Positions 47,515 to 56,095 of a stretch of 57,994 nt of DNA are shown here, one piece after another; within the stretch, counting starts at the first letter, position 1; the number at the start of each line of letters is the position of its first letter. The position numbers and the translations under genes are program-made. The notes beneath the pieces are model-generated. The model searched no databases. It had not been told where the DNA came from and saw only the letters and a program-made list of their open reading frames with translations. The stretch lies in NCBI GenBank assembly GCA_001784875.1, contig MFSH01000007.1, positions 1 to 57,994 of the forward strand, read 5' to 3'. The DNA comes from Candidatus Moranbacteria bacterium RIFOXYB1_FULL_43_19 (lineage in GTDB: Bacteria > Patescibacteriota > Minisyncoccia > Moranbacterales > UBA11712).

Positions 47515-48231
47515 CTAAAGATTATCATATATTTCTTGAACATCATCCAATTCATCCAATTTTTCCAGAAGTTTTTCATAATCAATTTTTGTTTCCATGT
47601 CAATTTGAATCGAAGAAAGGGGCATAAACATCAGCCCGGCATTGTCGATTCGGATGCCTTTTTGCTCCAGATTTTCCTTGATTTCTTTGAGATCGCGCGG
47701 GTCGGTGAAGATTTGTAAAACCTCGCCCTGAAAAACAGTATCTGTCGCTCCAGAGTCAATAGCCTTGAGTTCGATATCGTTGGCGTTGTCTTTATTCGTT
47801 GTCACATATATCACGCCTATATTTTTGAACAGATATTGCAAGCTTCCGGACGATGCCATTTTGCCGCCTGACTTCTCAATTATATTCCGTATTTCTCCGA
47901 GAGTCCGATTTTTGTTGTCTGTTGCCGTTTTGATGAGCATAGCAATGTTCCCTGGAGCAATAGCTTCATAAACAACCTCCTCAATCGCGGCCGCATCCTT
48001 GAGTTCGCCGATCCCGCGCTTTATCGCCCGGTCAATATTGTCTTTGGGCATGTTCACCGCCCGCGCCTGGTCAATAGCGAGGCGCAGCTTGAAATTCGTC
48101 GCTGGATCTCCCCCGCCATCTTTCGCGGCGAGCGTCACGAGCCGCGCGACCTTCGTGAAAACCGAAGCGCGTTTGGCATCTTGGATTGCTTTTTTGTGCT
48201 TGATTCCCGCGAAATGTGAGTGTCCGGACAT
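47515..48231 (-). CDS. yebC: YebC/PmpR-family protein
   Basis: MSGHSHFAGIKHKK, GGDPATN, NMPKDNI, TDNKNRT, DDVQEIYDN. Confidence 0.96.
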   Translation of the reverse strand: MSGHSHFAGIKHKKAIQDAKRASVFTKVARLVTLAAKDGGGDPATNFKLRLAIDQARAVNMPKDNIDRAIKRGIGELKDAAAIEEVVYEAIAPGNIAMLIKTATDNKNRTLGEIRNIIEKSGGKMASSGSLQYLFKNIGVIYVTTNKDNANDIELKAIDSGATDTVFQGEVLQIFTDPRDLKEIKENLEQKGIRIDNAGLMFMPLSSIQIDMETKIDYEKLLEKLDELDDVQEIYDNL

Positions 48232-48310
48232 ACAATATAAATGATTGATTTATTAGCCGTTTGCCTTTACTCTATATAGTAGGAGGATTAAGGAATTATT
48301 TCAAATATAT

Positions 48311-49192
48311 ATGGAAAAATTAGACGATTTCCAAAAATTTGGTGGCGAGGAAGGAGTTTTAAATCTAGAGGTGGCCGATGAATATCAGGAGAAGAGAATT
48401 GAAATTGTTGAAGATATCCGTGATAAATATCAAATCCTGCTAATTTCCCTTCAAACGGAAGCGAACAAACTAATGGGACTTCCGGACGATCAGGAAATGT
48501 TTAGCAAGGCCTTGGGTTTGCCAAAAGGGTCAAAAAGTTTTACGACAAAATATTTATTGGACAGAAGCGACCAATTGCCAGATACGGTTGAAGAAGCAGG
48601 AGTTATAATTGGGGGTGCAGCGGCTTCAGTGTATGAAGATGAGCCCTGGATAAGAAAATTGGAAGAATTCATTCGTATAATGCTTCAGAAAAAAGTCCCC
48701 ATATTAGGGGTTTGTTTTGGTCATCAAGTGGTTGCTCAATCTCTAGGCGGAAAAGTTGAAAAAAATCCCTTAGGAAGGGAATTTGGAACTATAAACATCG
48801 ATTTGAACGAAGAGGGCGCAGCAGACAGACTGTTTGAGCAGGTGCCAAAAAAATTTGTATCCTCAACCAGTCATCAGGATATTGTGACAGGTCTGCCGGA
48901 GCTGGAAAGAGTAACGGTTTTAGCGAGAACTGACATGGATCCTTATGACGCGCTGGCGATCGGAGACAGCATCCGGACGGTTCAATTTCATCCTGAAATC
49001 ACAACGGAACTTTTAACTAAAGTAGCGGAATTCAGAAAAGCCGCGCTTGCAGAGCAAGGATATTTTAAAGATGAGGAAGGATTTAAAGAATTTGTTAAAA
49101 ATTTAAAAGATGATCCGGAAGCGCGAAAAGTATTGTCAAATTTTGTAAGAAATTTTGTCATTGAATATCATCTAAAAAAACACGGCGTATGA
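48311..49192 (+). CDS. class I glutamine amidotransferase-like protein
   Basis: LGVCFGHQ nucleophile elbow, SHQD, QFHPE. Confidence 0.88.
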   Translation: MEKLDDFQKFGGEEGVLNLEVADEYQEKRIEIVEDIRDKYQILLISLQTEANKLMGLPDDQEMFSKALGLPKGSKSFTTKYLLDRSDQLPDTVEEAGVIIGGAAASVYEDEPWIRKLEEFIRIMLQKKVPILGVCFGHQVVAQSLGGKVEKNPLGREFGTINIDLNEEGAADRLFEQVPKKFVSSTSHQDIVTGLPELERVTVLARTDMDPYDALAIGDSIRTVQFHPEITTELLTKVAEFRKAALAEQGYFKDEEGFKEFVKNLKDDPEARKVLSNFVRNFVIEYHLKKHGV

Positions 49193-49386
49193 GCAAGCAA
49201 GAATTTTTGAAAAATATAAAAAGTCTGTTGCCCGAATCCGAAGTATTTCCGGAAGATATAAAAGAAATGCTTTCGAAAAGCTTGGGCTCTTTAACTAATG
49301 GCCAACTGGAATTACTCACAAAAATACTGAAGGAGGAAAAAGAAAAGGTCGACGCCTTGAGGAAAAAGTTTGGCGTTAAGAGCTAA
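49189..49386 (+). CDS. small hypothetical protein
   Basis: 65-aa helical ORF coupled to the previous gene by an ATGA overlap. Confidence 0.65.
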   Translation: MSKQEFLKNIKSLLPESEVFPEDIKEMLSKSLGSLTNGQLELLTKILKEEKEKVDALRKKFGVKS

Positions 49387-49404
49387 GAATTAAATGCAAT
49401 TTCC

Positions 49405-49578
49405 ATGAAAAGAAAAACGCTTAAAGAAATTGAAAAATATATAATCGGCAATGAAAATTTGCCCGAGTATTTCAAATATCTCGCGCAAGAAAAAAGAAAA
49501 AAAGGAAAGACATCAGAATATTGGTTTCGGAAGACTTACGAAACGTTAATTCGACTAGAAAAATATTTTAAGCCATGA
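49405..49578 (+). CDS. small hypothetical protein (57 aa)
   Basis: MKRKTLKEIEKYI...RLEKYFKP*; ATGA overlap with 49575. Confidence 0.5.
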   Translation: MKRKTLKEIEKYIIGNENLPEYFKYLAQEKRKKGKTSEYWFRKTYETLIRLEKYFKP

Positions 49579-50996
49579 GAGAAGCGGGAACAAAAGATCT
49601 GACAAATTTTGAAAAACGCTTGGTTGGTCTTGAGTTTGAAAACCAGATTATTGGCGATAATCTGCGCCCGATAACATTTGAGAGGATGCAAAAAGTCTGG
49701 AAAGATTTCGAAAAATTAGGCTGGAAAATTAATACGGATCCTGTTCTGAGAGTTATCGGTAGTCTTGATAAAAACTTTGGTAACGGCAATGTTAATTTAT
49801 CTTCCGACTCTGCGGCGGGGAATTTGGAAAGAGCCTTTCCTCCCGTTCAAAATTTAGGTGAAGCAGAGAAGCTCTTAAGCAAAGTTCATGCTGATGCGCT
49901 GAAAGTTTTGGGAAAAAACAAATTGCGTATGCTGGGAACCGGATTACAACCCGGTATTTTTTCAAGTCCAAAGAAGATGAGGACGAAAAATACCATATAT
50001 CTCGCTTTGGAGAAAATGGGAGCAAGCGATTATTTTGATAACGCCATGATGATGGCAAACAGCGCCCATCAAGCAGGAATCAGCTTGAGAATCGAAGAAG
50101 TTATTGACGTTACAAACGAGTTGACGAAGGTTACCGGTTTGATTGTGTCTCTTTTCGCTAACTCATGTATCCAGAGTTGGAAATTATTGCCCTGGCAAGA
50201 GTGGAGAATGATTTGCTGGGACTTGAGATTCATCGGGGCTGAGCCAGGCTTTTATAAATTAACGGGATTTCCCCCGAAGCCGTTTAAATCACTTACTGAT
50301 TATTTCAAATATTACTGGGACCTTCCCCACATGATACTCCCACCAACAAGAGAAGAAGTATGGTGTGTGCCCGTAAAGAAAATAAATTACTTTGGATATT
50401 TCAGCGGTAAAGAATTTGAAGCAAGAAGTCTATTGGGGAAAAGGACAAAACTAGAACCATCCGTAAAAGATATTAATTTAGCCATGATTTCAATGTGGCC
50501 ACACGCGAAACCCCATCTTGTTATTGATTCTGAACAAGCAACTGTTTCCGATTTTATGGAAAATTTGCGAAAAAACACGCTGGAGAAATATCTCAAAGGC
50601 AAATTGCTAAATTGTTATATGGAATATCGTGGTGCGGCAGCTTCCCCACCAAATGAAGAAATGGCACTTCCGGCTTTTGTTCTTGGTCTTGTAGAAAATA
50701 TCAGCGAAGTCAAAAAATTTACAAAACAATACTCTTGGAATGAGTGGAAGGAATTAGTTTATAAAGCGTCTGTTTATGGGATGGATATAAAAATAAACGG
50801 AAAAAGTATTTATGGTTTGCTGAAGAAATTATTGGAGATTGCGGAAGAGGGCCTCAACGGAAGAAAAATGAATGAAGCAAAATATTTGAAAGTCCCCTGG
50901 AAGAGATTGGCAAATAAAGAAAACCCAGCTAGCCAATCAGCATTAGCTTTCAAAAAAAGTAAAAAAGATTTTTTGAAACTTATTACATATAAATGA
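49575..50996 (+). CDS. glutamate--cysteine ligase (GCS2)-like amidoligase
   Basis: VGLEFE, GNLE, GLQP, SAHQ, LFANS, R..CW, MEYRG motifs. Confidence 0.7.
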   Translation: MREAGTKDLTNFEKRLVGLEFENQIIGDNLRPITFERMQKVWKDFEKLGWKINTDPVLRVIGSLDKNFGNGNVNLSSDSAAGNLERAFPPVQNLGEAEKLLSKVHADALKVLGKNKLRMLGTGLQPGIFSSPKKMRTKNTIYLALEKMGASDYFDNAMMMANSAHQAGISLRIEEVIDVTNELTKVTGLIVSLFANSCIQSWKLLPWQEWRMICWDLRFIGAEPGFYKLTGFPPKPFKSLTDYFKYYWDLPHMILPPTREEVWCVPVKKINYFGYFSGKEFEARSLLGKRTKLEPSVKDINLAMISMWPHAKPHLVIDSEQATVSDFMENLRKNTLEKYLKGKLLNCYMEYRGAAASPPNEEMALPAFVLGLVENISEVKKFTKQYSWNEWKELVYKASVYGMDIKINGKSIYGLLKKLLEIAEEGLNGRKMNEAKYLKVPWKRLANKENPASQSALAFKKSKKDFLKLITYK

Positions 50997-51322
50997 AAGT
51001 CTTTGGAAAGGTGAAAAAAGGCGAGGGGAAAGGAGCGAAGTTGGGGTTTCCGACGGTTAATGTTGAATTAGAAGAAAAAACGAGAAACGGGGTTTATGCA
51101 GGTTCCGCAAAATTAGGTGATAAAAATTATAAAGCTGGAATTTTTGTCAATCTGGACGGAAAATTGTTAGAAGCACATCTCGTTGGATTTTCGGGAGATT
51201 TATATGGTGAAGAGATTGAGATAAAGATTGGGAAGAAGATTAGAAACGTAATGAAATTCAAAAGCGAGGAAGAGTTGGAAAGGCAGATAAAAAAAGATAT
51301 AAGTATAATTTCCAATTTCTAA
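50993..51322 (+). CDS. ribF: monofunctional riboflavin kinase
   Basis: G.V.KG.G.G.KLGFPTVN, GVY, EAHL..FSGDLYG, R..MKF; no FAD synthetase domain. Confidence 0.88.
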   Translation: MKVFGKVKKGEGKGAKLGFPTVNVELEEKTRNGVYAGSAKLGDKNYKAGIFVNLDGKLLEAHLVGFSGDLYGEEIEIKIGKKIRNVMKFKSEEELERQIKKDISIISNF

Positions 51323-51396
51323 TTCCCAATTTCCAATGAAAATCCAAATCGCTAATGTCAAAATTTAAAATTTTGATATTGGATATTAGAAATTTA
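51306..51396 (+). repeat. family-A-related heptad inverted-arm element, degenerate empty copy
   Basis: aatttccaatttctaattcccaatttccaa ... ttgatattggatattagaaatt; ends at the ribE ATG. Confidence 0.65.
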
Positions 51397-51397
51397 A

Positions 51398-52075
51398 ATG
51401 TCTATGTTTACGGGGATTGTAAAGAAAGTTTCTAAAGTTGAAAAAAAAACTTGGCAAAGGGGAAGTCTTTTTGTTGAGATAAAAATTCCAAAGGGATGGA
51501 AAACAAAAATAGGAGAAAGTATTTCTGTTAACGGTGTTTGTTCAACAGTCAAAAAAGTTTGCAAAAATAGTTTCACAGTTGAATACATGCCGGAGACCAT
51601 TGAGAAAACAACAGTCGGTAGTTTTAGAAAAGGGCAAGACATAAATTTAGAGCGAAGTTTGTGTGTCGGGGATCTCATGCACGGGCACATTGTGCAGGGG
51701 CACGTGGATTGCGTGGGAAAAATTATTGAAATAAAAAAAGTGAAAGAATCATTAGTGATAAAAATAAAAGTACCGAAAGAATTTATGAAATTTATGGCTC
51801 CGAAGGGGTCGGTTTCTGTTGATGGCATCAGTCTGACCATTGTAGATTCGAAAAAAGACTGGCTTGTCCCGCATCATAATTTCAGTAAAAATAAGAATTC
51901 CAAGAATAATGCGAGAAAATTTGGTGCGGGATTTACGGTCTCGCTCGTGAGCCATACGCTTGAAAATACGAATCTGGGAAAAATAAAAGTGGGAGAAAAG
52001 GTGAATATTGAGACTGACGCAATCGCGAAATATATTTTTAATATTTTAAAAAATACCGGACATGCTAAATGCTAA
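51398..52075 (+). CDS. ribE: riboflavin synthase with a 23-aa in-frame insertion
   Basis: MFTGIV, GESISVNGVCST, INLER, GHIVQGHVD, KGSVSVDGISLT, VNIETD. Confidence 0.95.
   Translation: MSMFTGIVKKVSKVEKKTWQRGSLFVEIKIPKGWKTKIGESISVNGVCSTVKKVCKNSFTVEYMPETIEKTTVGSFRKGQDINLERSLCVGDLMHGHIVQGHVDCVGKIIEIKKVKESLVIKIKVPKEFMKFMAPKGSVSVDGISLTIVDSKKDWLVPHHNFSKNKNSKNNARKFGAGFTVSLVSHTLENTNLGKIKVGEKVNIETDAIAKYIFNILKNTGHAKC
51863..51931. mobile_element. 69-bp in-frame hairpin mini-element
   Basis: cttgtcccgcatcataattt ... aaatttggtgcggga; removing it restores DW|FTVSL. Confidence 0.7.
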
Positions 52076-52517
52076 AAAAGGGCACTCGAAAAAAATTGAC
52101 GGGTCAAAACTGAAAATTGGCATCGTTGTTTCAAAGTTTAATGACAATATCACCAAGCCTATGTTTGATGGTTCGCTGGAAACTCTCAAGGAAAATAAAG
52201 TTAAAGTGGAAAATATAAAAACTGTCTGGGTTCCGGGGTCGTTTGAAATTCCGCTGGCTTGCCAGAGACTCGCCGAAACGAAAAAATTTGACGCTCTAGT
52301 GGCGATTGGGTGTGTGATCAAAGGCGAAACGGATCATTTCTATTATATTTGCAATGAAGTTTCGCGGGGAACAATGGATGTAATGCTGAAATTCGATATT
52401 CCCATAGGATTCGGGGTGCTCACGACTCAAAACCTGAAACAAGCCCGAGTCCGCTCCCGCGGAAAAGAAAACAAAGGCCGCGAAGCCGCCGAAGCGGCGC
52501 TTGCAGTGGTAGATTAA
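52062..52517 (+). CDS. ribH: 6,7-dimethyl-8-ribityllumazine synthase
   Basis: IVVSKFN, VPGSFEIP, GCVIKGETDHF, PIGFGVLT, NKGREAA. Confidence 0.97.
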   Translation: MLNAKKGHSKKIDGSKLKIGIVVSKFNDNITKPMFDGSLETLKENKVKVENIKTVWVPGSFEIPLACQRLAETKKFDALVAIGCVIKGETDHFYYICNEVSRGTMDVMLKFDIPIGFGVLTTQNLKQARVRSRGKENKGREAAEAALAVVD

Positions 52518-52587
52518 AGGAAAATTTAGTGGAAGTGGACGCAGATCGTAGTATAATCAAGATAATAAAAAGGAAAAAATAGTGTCA

Positions 52588-53505
52588 ATGGAAAAAGAAA
52601 AAAATCTTGATAGCAAGGAAAAAGTGACTTTGAGAGTTATTGTTTTCCGGCATGGGCCGAAATTGAGCGCGGCGGGAGAAAAAAATGCGAAGGCCGCGTA
52701 TTTTGATGATTCAGTCAGACAAGGCTTTGAAAAGTTGGATGCCAAAGATGGGATTGGGCTTGCGAGAGTAGCCACAAGCCCGGTACAAAGAGCTGTGGAT
52801 ACAGCGAATATTACTCGGAACGAATTGAGTGGCACGAGCCATCGGACCAAAGAATATATCAGAAAAGATGAAAAACTTGAAGTGCCATTTCAACCGCTCG
52901 AAGACGCCAAAGAAAAAAAGTTCGCAGCGGATCTTGGCAGGATTGTCGCTATGCAAAAAGAAATGCAGCCGATATTCGTGGAAGAAATAGAAAAGAATCA
53001 TCCTGAACTTCATGGAGAAACAAAAGAAGCTGAAATCAGAAACAGAATTGATATGGCGGTTTTGTCCGAAATGTTTGATGAAGAAAATTATCCGCTTTCT
53101 GCCAGGCGCTTTGAAACGACCTGCAGCGAGCTTGCAGATATTTTTGCAAAGCGCTATTTGGGATTTAGCAATCATCTGAATTTATTGGACAGGCAAAAAG
53201 AAGCCGGAGGCAAACAGCCCGTCGGCGAGCCGTATCTCCAGATTGATGTGACGCATTCATTCCCGGTGATGACATTTCTCAAAAAATATTTGGTTTTTGA
53301 AGACGGTAAGCAAGCTGAAGCCATGGACTCCCGGGAGTTTTTTGAAAGAACAGGCGGAATAATCAGAGAATCGGGATCATTCGAGATGGATTTTATAAAT
53401 TCCAGTCCGCCGAAGATAAAAGTGAAAGGAGAATTTGAGCCGGGGAAAAAATTTGAGGGATTAATTGATTTAGAAAAAATGAAACATGGCCAAGAAAAAA
53501 AATAG
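52588..53505 (+). CDS. histidine phosphatase superfamily protein
   Basis: FRHG, TSP..RA.DTA, VTH motifs. Confidence 0.7.
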   Translation: MEKEKNLDSKEKVTLRVIVFRHGPKLSAAGEKNAKAAYFDDSVRQGFEKLDAKDGIGLARVATSPVQRAVDTANITRNELSGTSHRTKEYIRKDEKLEVPFQPLEDAKEKKFAADLGRIVAMQKEMQPIFVEEIEKNHPELHGETKEAEIRNRIDMAVLSEMFDEENYPLSARRFETTCSELADIFAKRYLGFSNHLNLLDRQKEAGGKQPVGEPYLQIDVTHSFPVMTFLKKYLVFEDGKQAEAMDSREFFERTGGIIRESGSFEMDFINSSPPKIKVKGEFEPGKKFEGLIDLEKMKHGQEKK

Positions 53506-55066
53506 CAAAAAAATAAACTGGTTCTGGGCGCATCGGAGAAATGCCAGTCTCCATCATTTCAGTTTTCTTATGCACGGTATGAAAGGCAGGGGCTGGTCGC
53601 CGGCGGTAAATTTTTGGTTTGATAACCAAATTGTCATTGGAGTGCCGGGAAAGAGTTGCTACGTTTTTTATGATAAAAACCAACTTTCAAGCAGGGATAA
53701 ATATAAAGATATACAAAAAAGCATTGATAGCAATCCCAATTTTACCAAAGATTTCGAAAGGAGAACAAGTGAAATATTTGGTGCGGTATTTTTCAAATGC
53801 ATGGAAATTGATCAGGATAACTTATCCTTGTTGTCAAATCAGGAACTTAAAAAATTATACGACGGATTTATTGAGACGATGATGGCTTGTCCACTCATAA
53901 CGGTTCAACTTTGGGGAATTGAAGCGTGCTTTGATGAAAAATGGCGGATAATCAAATTTTTGAGAAAACGTCTGGAAGAACTCAAAAAAGAAAATGAATT
54001 TCAGGTCTATAAAGAGAATCTTTCAATAAACACAGGGGAAACAGTTGCTTTCACGGAAAAGAAGAATTTCTATCAGGTTGCTGTGGAGCTTTATAAAAAT
54101 AAAAAAACAAAAGAGTTGTTTGAAAAAGAAAGCAAAGGAGGCATTTCAGAAAAACTAAAAAAATATAAACGAGAAAATATATTGTTTGAAAAGCATACTC
54201 AAAAATATGAGTGGATTAATACGGAATATGTGAGTGGGGGTTGGTCTAGAGAGAAGTGGATTGAGTTGTTCAAGCAGGCTATTGTGGCTAAGCAAACACC
54301 AGAAAAAAAGCTAAAAGAAATTCTCGGTAATTTTTCAGAGCTTAACTCGCAAAGGAAAAAAATTATTGCAGAGCTGAAGCCGCCAAAAGATGTCGCGCAT
54401 GCGCTTGATGCTCTTTCCGAACTCATCGCTCAGAGAGACTGGGCAAAGGGATATTTTACAAAGGCTCTCCTTAGCTATAATAATCTTCTTGATGAAATAT
54501 CAAAGAGATTCGGAATAACCCGAAGTGATATTTTGTATTGTTCGTATCAAGAAGTTGAAGATTTCTTTAGGAGCGGGAAAATAATTTCAAAAAAAGAGAT
54601 TGCCGACAGGCAAAAAAACGGATTTGGAATTGTCATAAAGAGAGGAGAAATGAACATCGTTTCTGGAAAGAAAAATATAGAAACACTGATTAAAAAAGAA
54701 AATATCAGCGAACCTTTCAAGAAATATGCCAATATTTACGAATTCAGGGGCCTGGCTGCCTCCAGAGGAAAAATCAAGGGAATTGCCAGGGTTCTCGAAG
54801 ACGCCTCGGGAATTTCGGGATTCAAAGACGGAGAAATTATTGTCACCTATATGACCACCATCGAATTCACTCCGGTGTTCAGAAAGGCTGCGGCCGTGGT
54901 CACTGACGAAGGGGGCATGTCTTGTCACGCGGCAATCGTGAGTCGAGAATTCAAAATACCTTGCATCGTTGGCACCAAAATCGCAACTCGAGTTTTAAAG
55001 ACGGGAGATGAGATTGAAGTGGATGCGGATAAAGGAGTTGTGAAAATTTTGAAAAAAGCAAAATGA
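53486..55066 (+). CDS. PEP-utilising enzyme with C-terminal phospho-His swivel domain
   Basis: GLAASRG...TDEGGMSCHAAIVSREFKIPCIVGT...VDADKG. Confidence 0.88.
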   Translation: MAKKKNSKKINWFWAHRRNASLHHFSFLMHGMKGRGWSPAVNFWFDNQIVIGVPGKSCYVFYDKNQLSSRDKYKDIQKSIDSNPNFTKDFERRTSEIFGAVFFKCMEIDQDNLSLLSNQELKKLYDGFIETMMACPLITVQLWGIEACFDEKWRIIKFLRKRLEELKKENEFQVYKENLSINTGETVAFTEKKNFYQVAVELYKNKKTKELFEKESKGGISEKLKKYKRENILFEKHTQKYEWINTEYVSGGWSREKWIELFKQAIVAKQTPEKKLKEILGNFSELNSQRKKIIAELKPPKDVAHALDALSELIAQRDWAKGYFTKALLSYNNLLDEISKRFGITRSDILYCSYQEVEDFFRSGKIISKKEIADRQKNGFGIVIKRGEMNIVSGKKNIETLIKKENISEPFKKYANIYEFRGLAASRGKIKGIARVLEDASGISGFKDGEIIVTYMTTIEFTPVFRKAAAVVTDEGGMSCHAAIVSREFKIPCIVGTKIATRVLKTGDEIEVDADKGVVKILKKAK

Positions 55067-55067
55067 T

Positions 55068-56072
55068 ATGATCACAAAAACATTCAAAGAAATCTCAAAA
55101 AAAGATGTCGGGATTGCCGGTGGGAAGGGAGCATCGTTGGGTGAGATGACCAGTGTAGGGATTCCGGTGCCGCCGGGATTTGTTATTCTTGCTGAAGCCT
55201 TTGACCGGTTTTTGGAAGAAACGGATTTGGGGGTCGATATCGTTTCCCTTCTCAAAAAAATAAATTACAAGGATCTCAATTCAGTTGATCGGGCGTCGCA
55301 CGAAATTCGGGATATGATTCACGATGTCCCCATGCCGAAAGACCTCGCCAAATTATTTTTAAACGAATTTAAAAAACTAAAGGCCCCGTACGTCGCGGTT
55401 CGCAGCAGCGCAACGGCTGAAGATTCGGCGGTCGCTTCCTGGGCGGGGGAGCTGGAAACCTATCTCAACACCACCGAAAAAAATATTTTTGAAAACATCA
55501 AAAAATGCTGGTCTTCACTTTTCACGCAAAGAGCTTTGTTTTACGCCTTTGAAAAAGGAGTATTTTTAAAAAAACACCAGCAAAAAATCCGGGCTGGCAC
55601 ATCTAAAATTAAAGACTCTTACCCGGTGAGCGTGGCAGTAGTCGTCCAAAAAATGATCCAGTCGGAGATATCAGGAATTTGTTTCACGGTGCATCCAGTC
55701 ACGCAGGATCGAAACCAAATGGTTATCGAAGCCGGATATGGGCTTGGAGAAGCAATCGTTTCCGGTCAGATAACGCCAGACACCTATGTCGTTGCCAAAC
55801 GAGACTGGAGCATTGCTGACATCAATTTTTCCAAACAAACGCGGATGATTGTCAAAAATAAGAGAGGGGGAGTGGAATGGAAACCAGTACCGAAGAAAAA
55901 ACAAAATCAGCAGAAGCTGAATGGGCGTCAAATTATTGGTCTTGCCAAACTTTGCGATCACCTCGAAAAACACTATAAGCATCCGCAAGACATCGAATGG
56001 GCACTTGAGAAAGGCAAATTCTATATCACGCAAAGTAGGCCGATAACGACGTTAAATTCACGTAACACATAA
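55068..56072 (+). CDS. PEP synthase/PPDK N-terminal ATP-binding domain protein
   Basis: GGKGASLGEM, VPPGF, AVRSSATAEDS, GLGEAIVSG, PQDIEW, QSRPIT. Confidence 0.92.
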   Translation: MITKTFKEISKKDVGIAGGKGASLGEMTSVGIPVPPGFVILAEAFDRFLEETDLGVDIVSLLKKINYKDLNSVDRASHEIRDMIHDVPMPKDLAKLFLNEFKKLKAPYVAVRSSATAEDSAVASWAGELETYLNTTEKNIFENIKKCWSSLFTQRALFYAFEKGVFLKKHQQKIRAGTSKIKDSYPVSVAVVVQKMIQSEISGICFTVHPVTQDRNQMVIEAGYGLGEAIVSGQITPDTYVVAKRDWSIADINFSKQTRMIVKNKRGGVEWKPVPKKKQNQQKLNGRQIIGLAKLCDHLEKHYKHPQDIEWALEKGKFYITQSRPITTLNSRNT

Positions 56073-56095
56073 CGCGAAACACGCAACAAAGAAGA

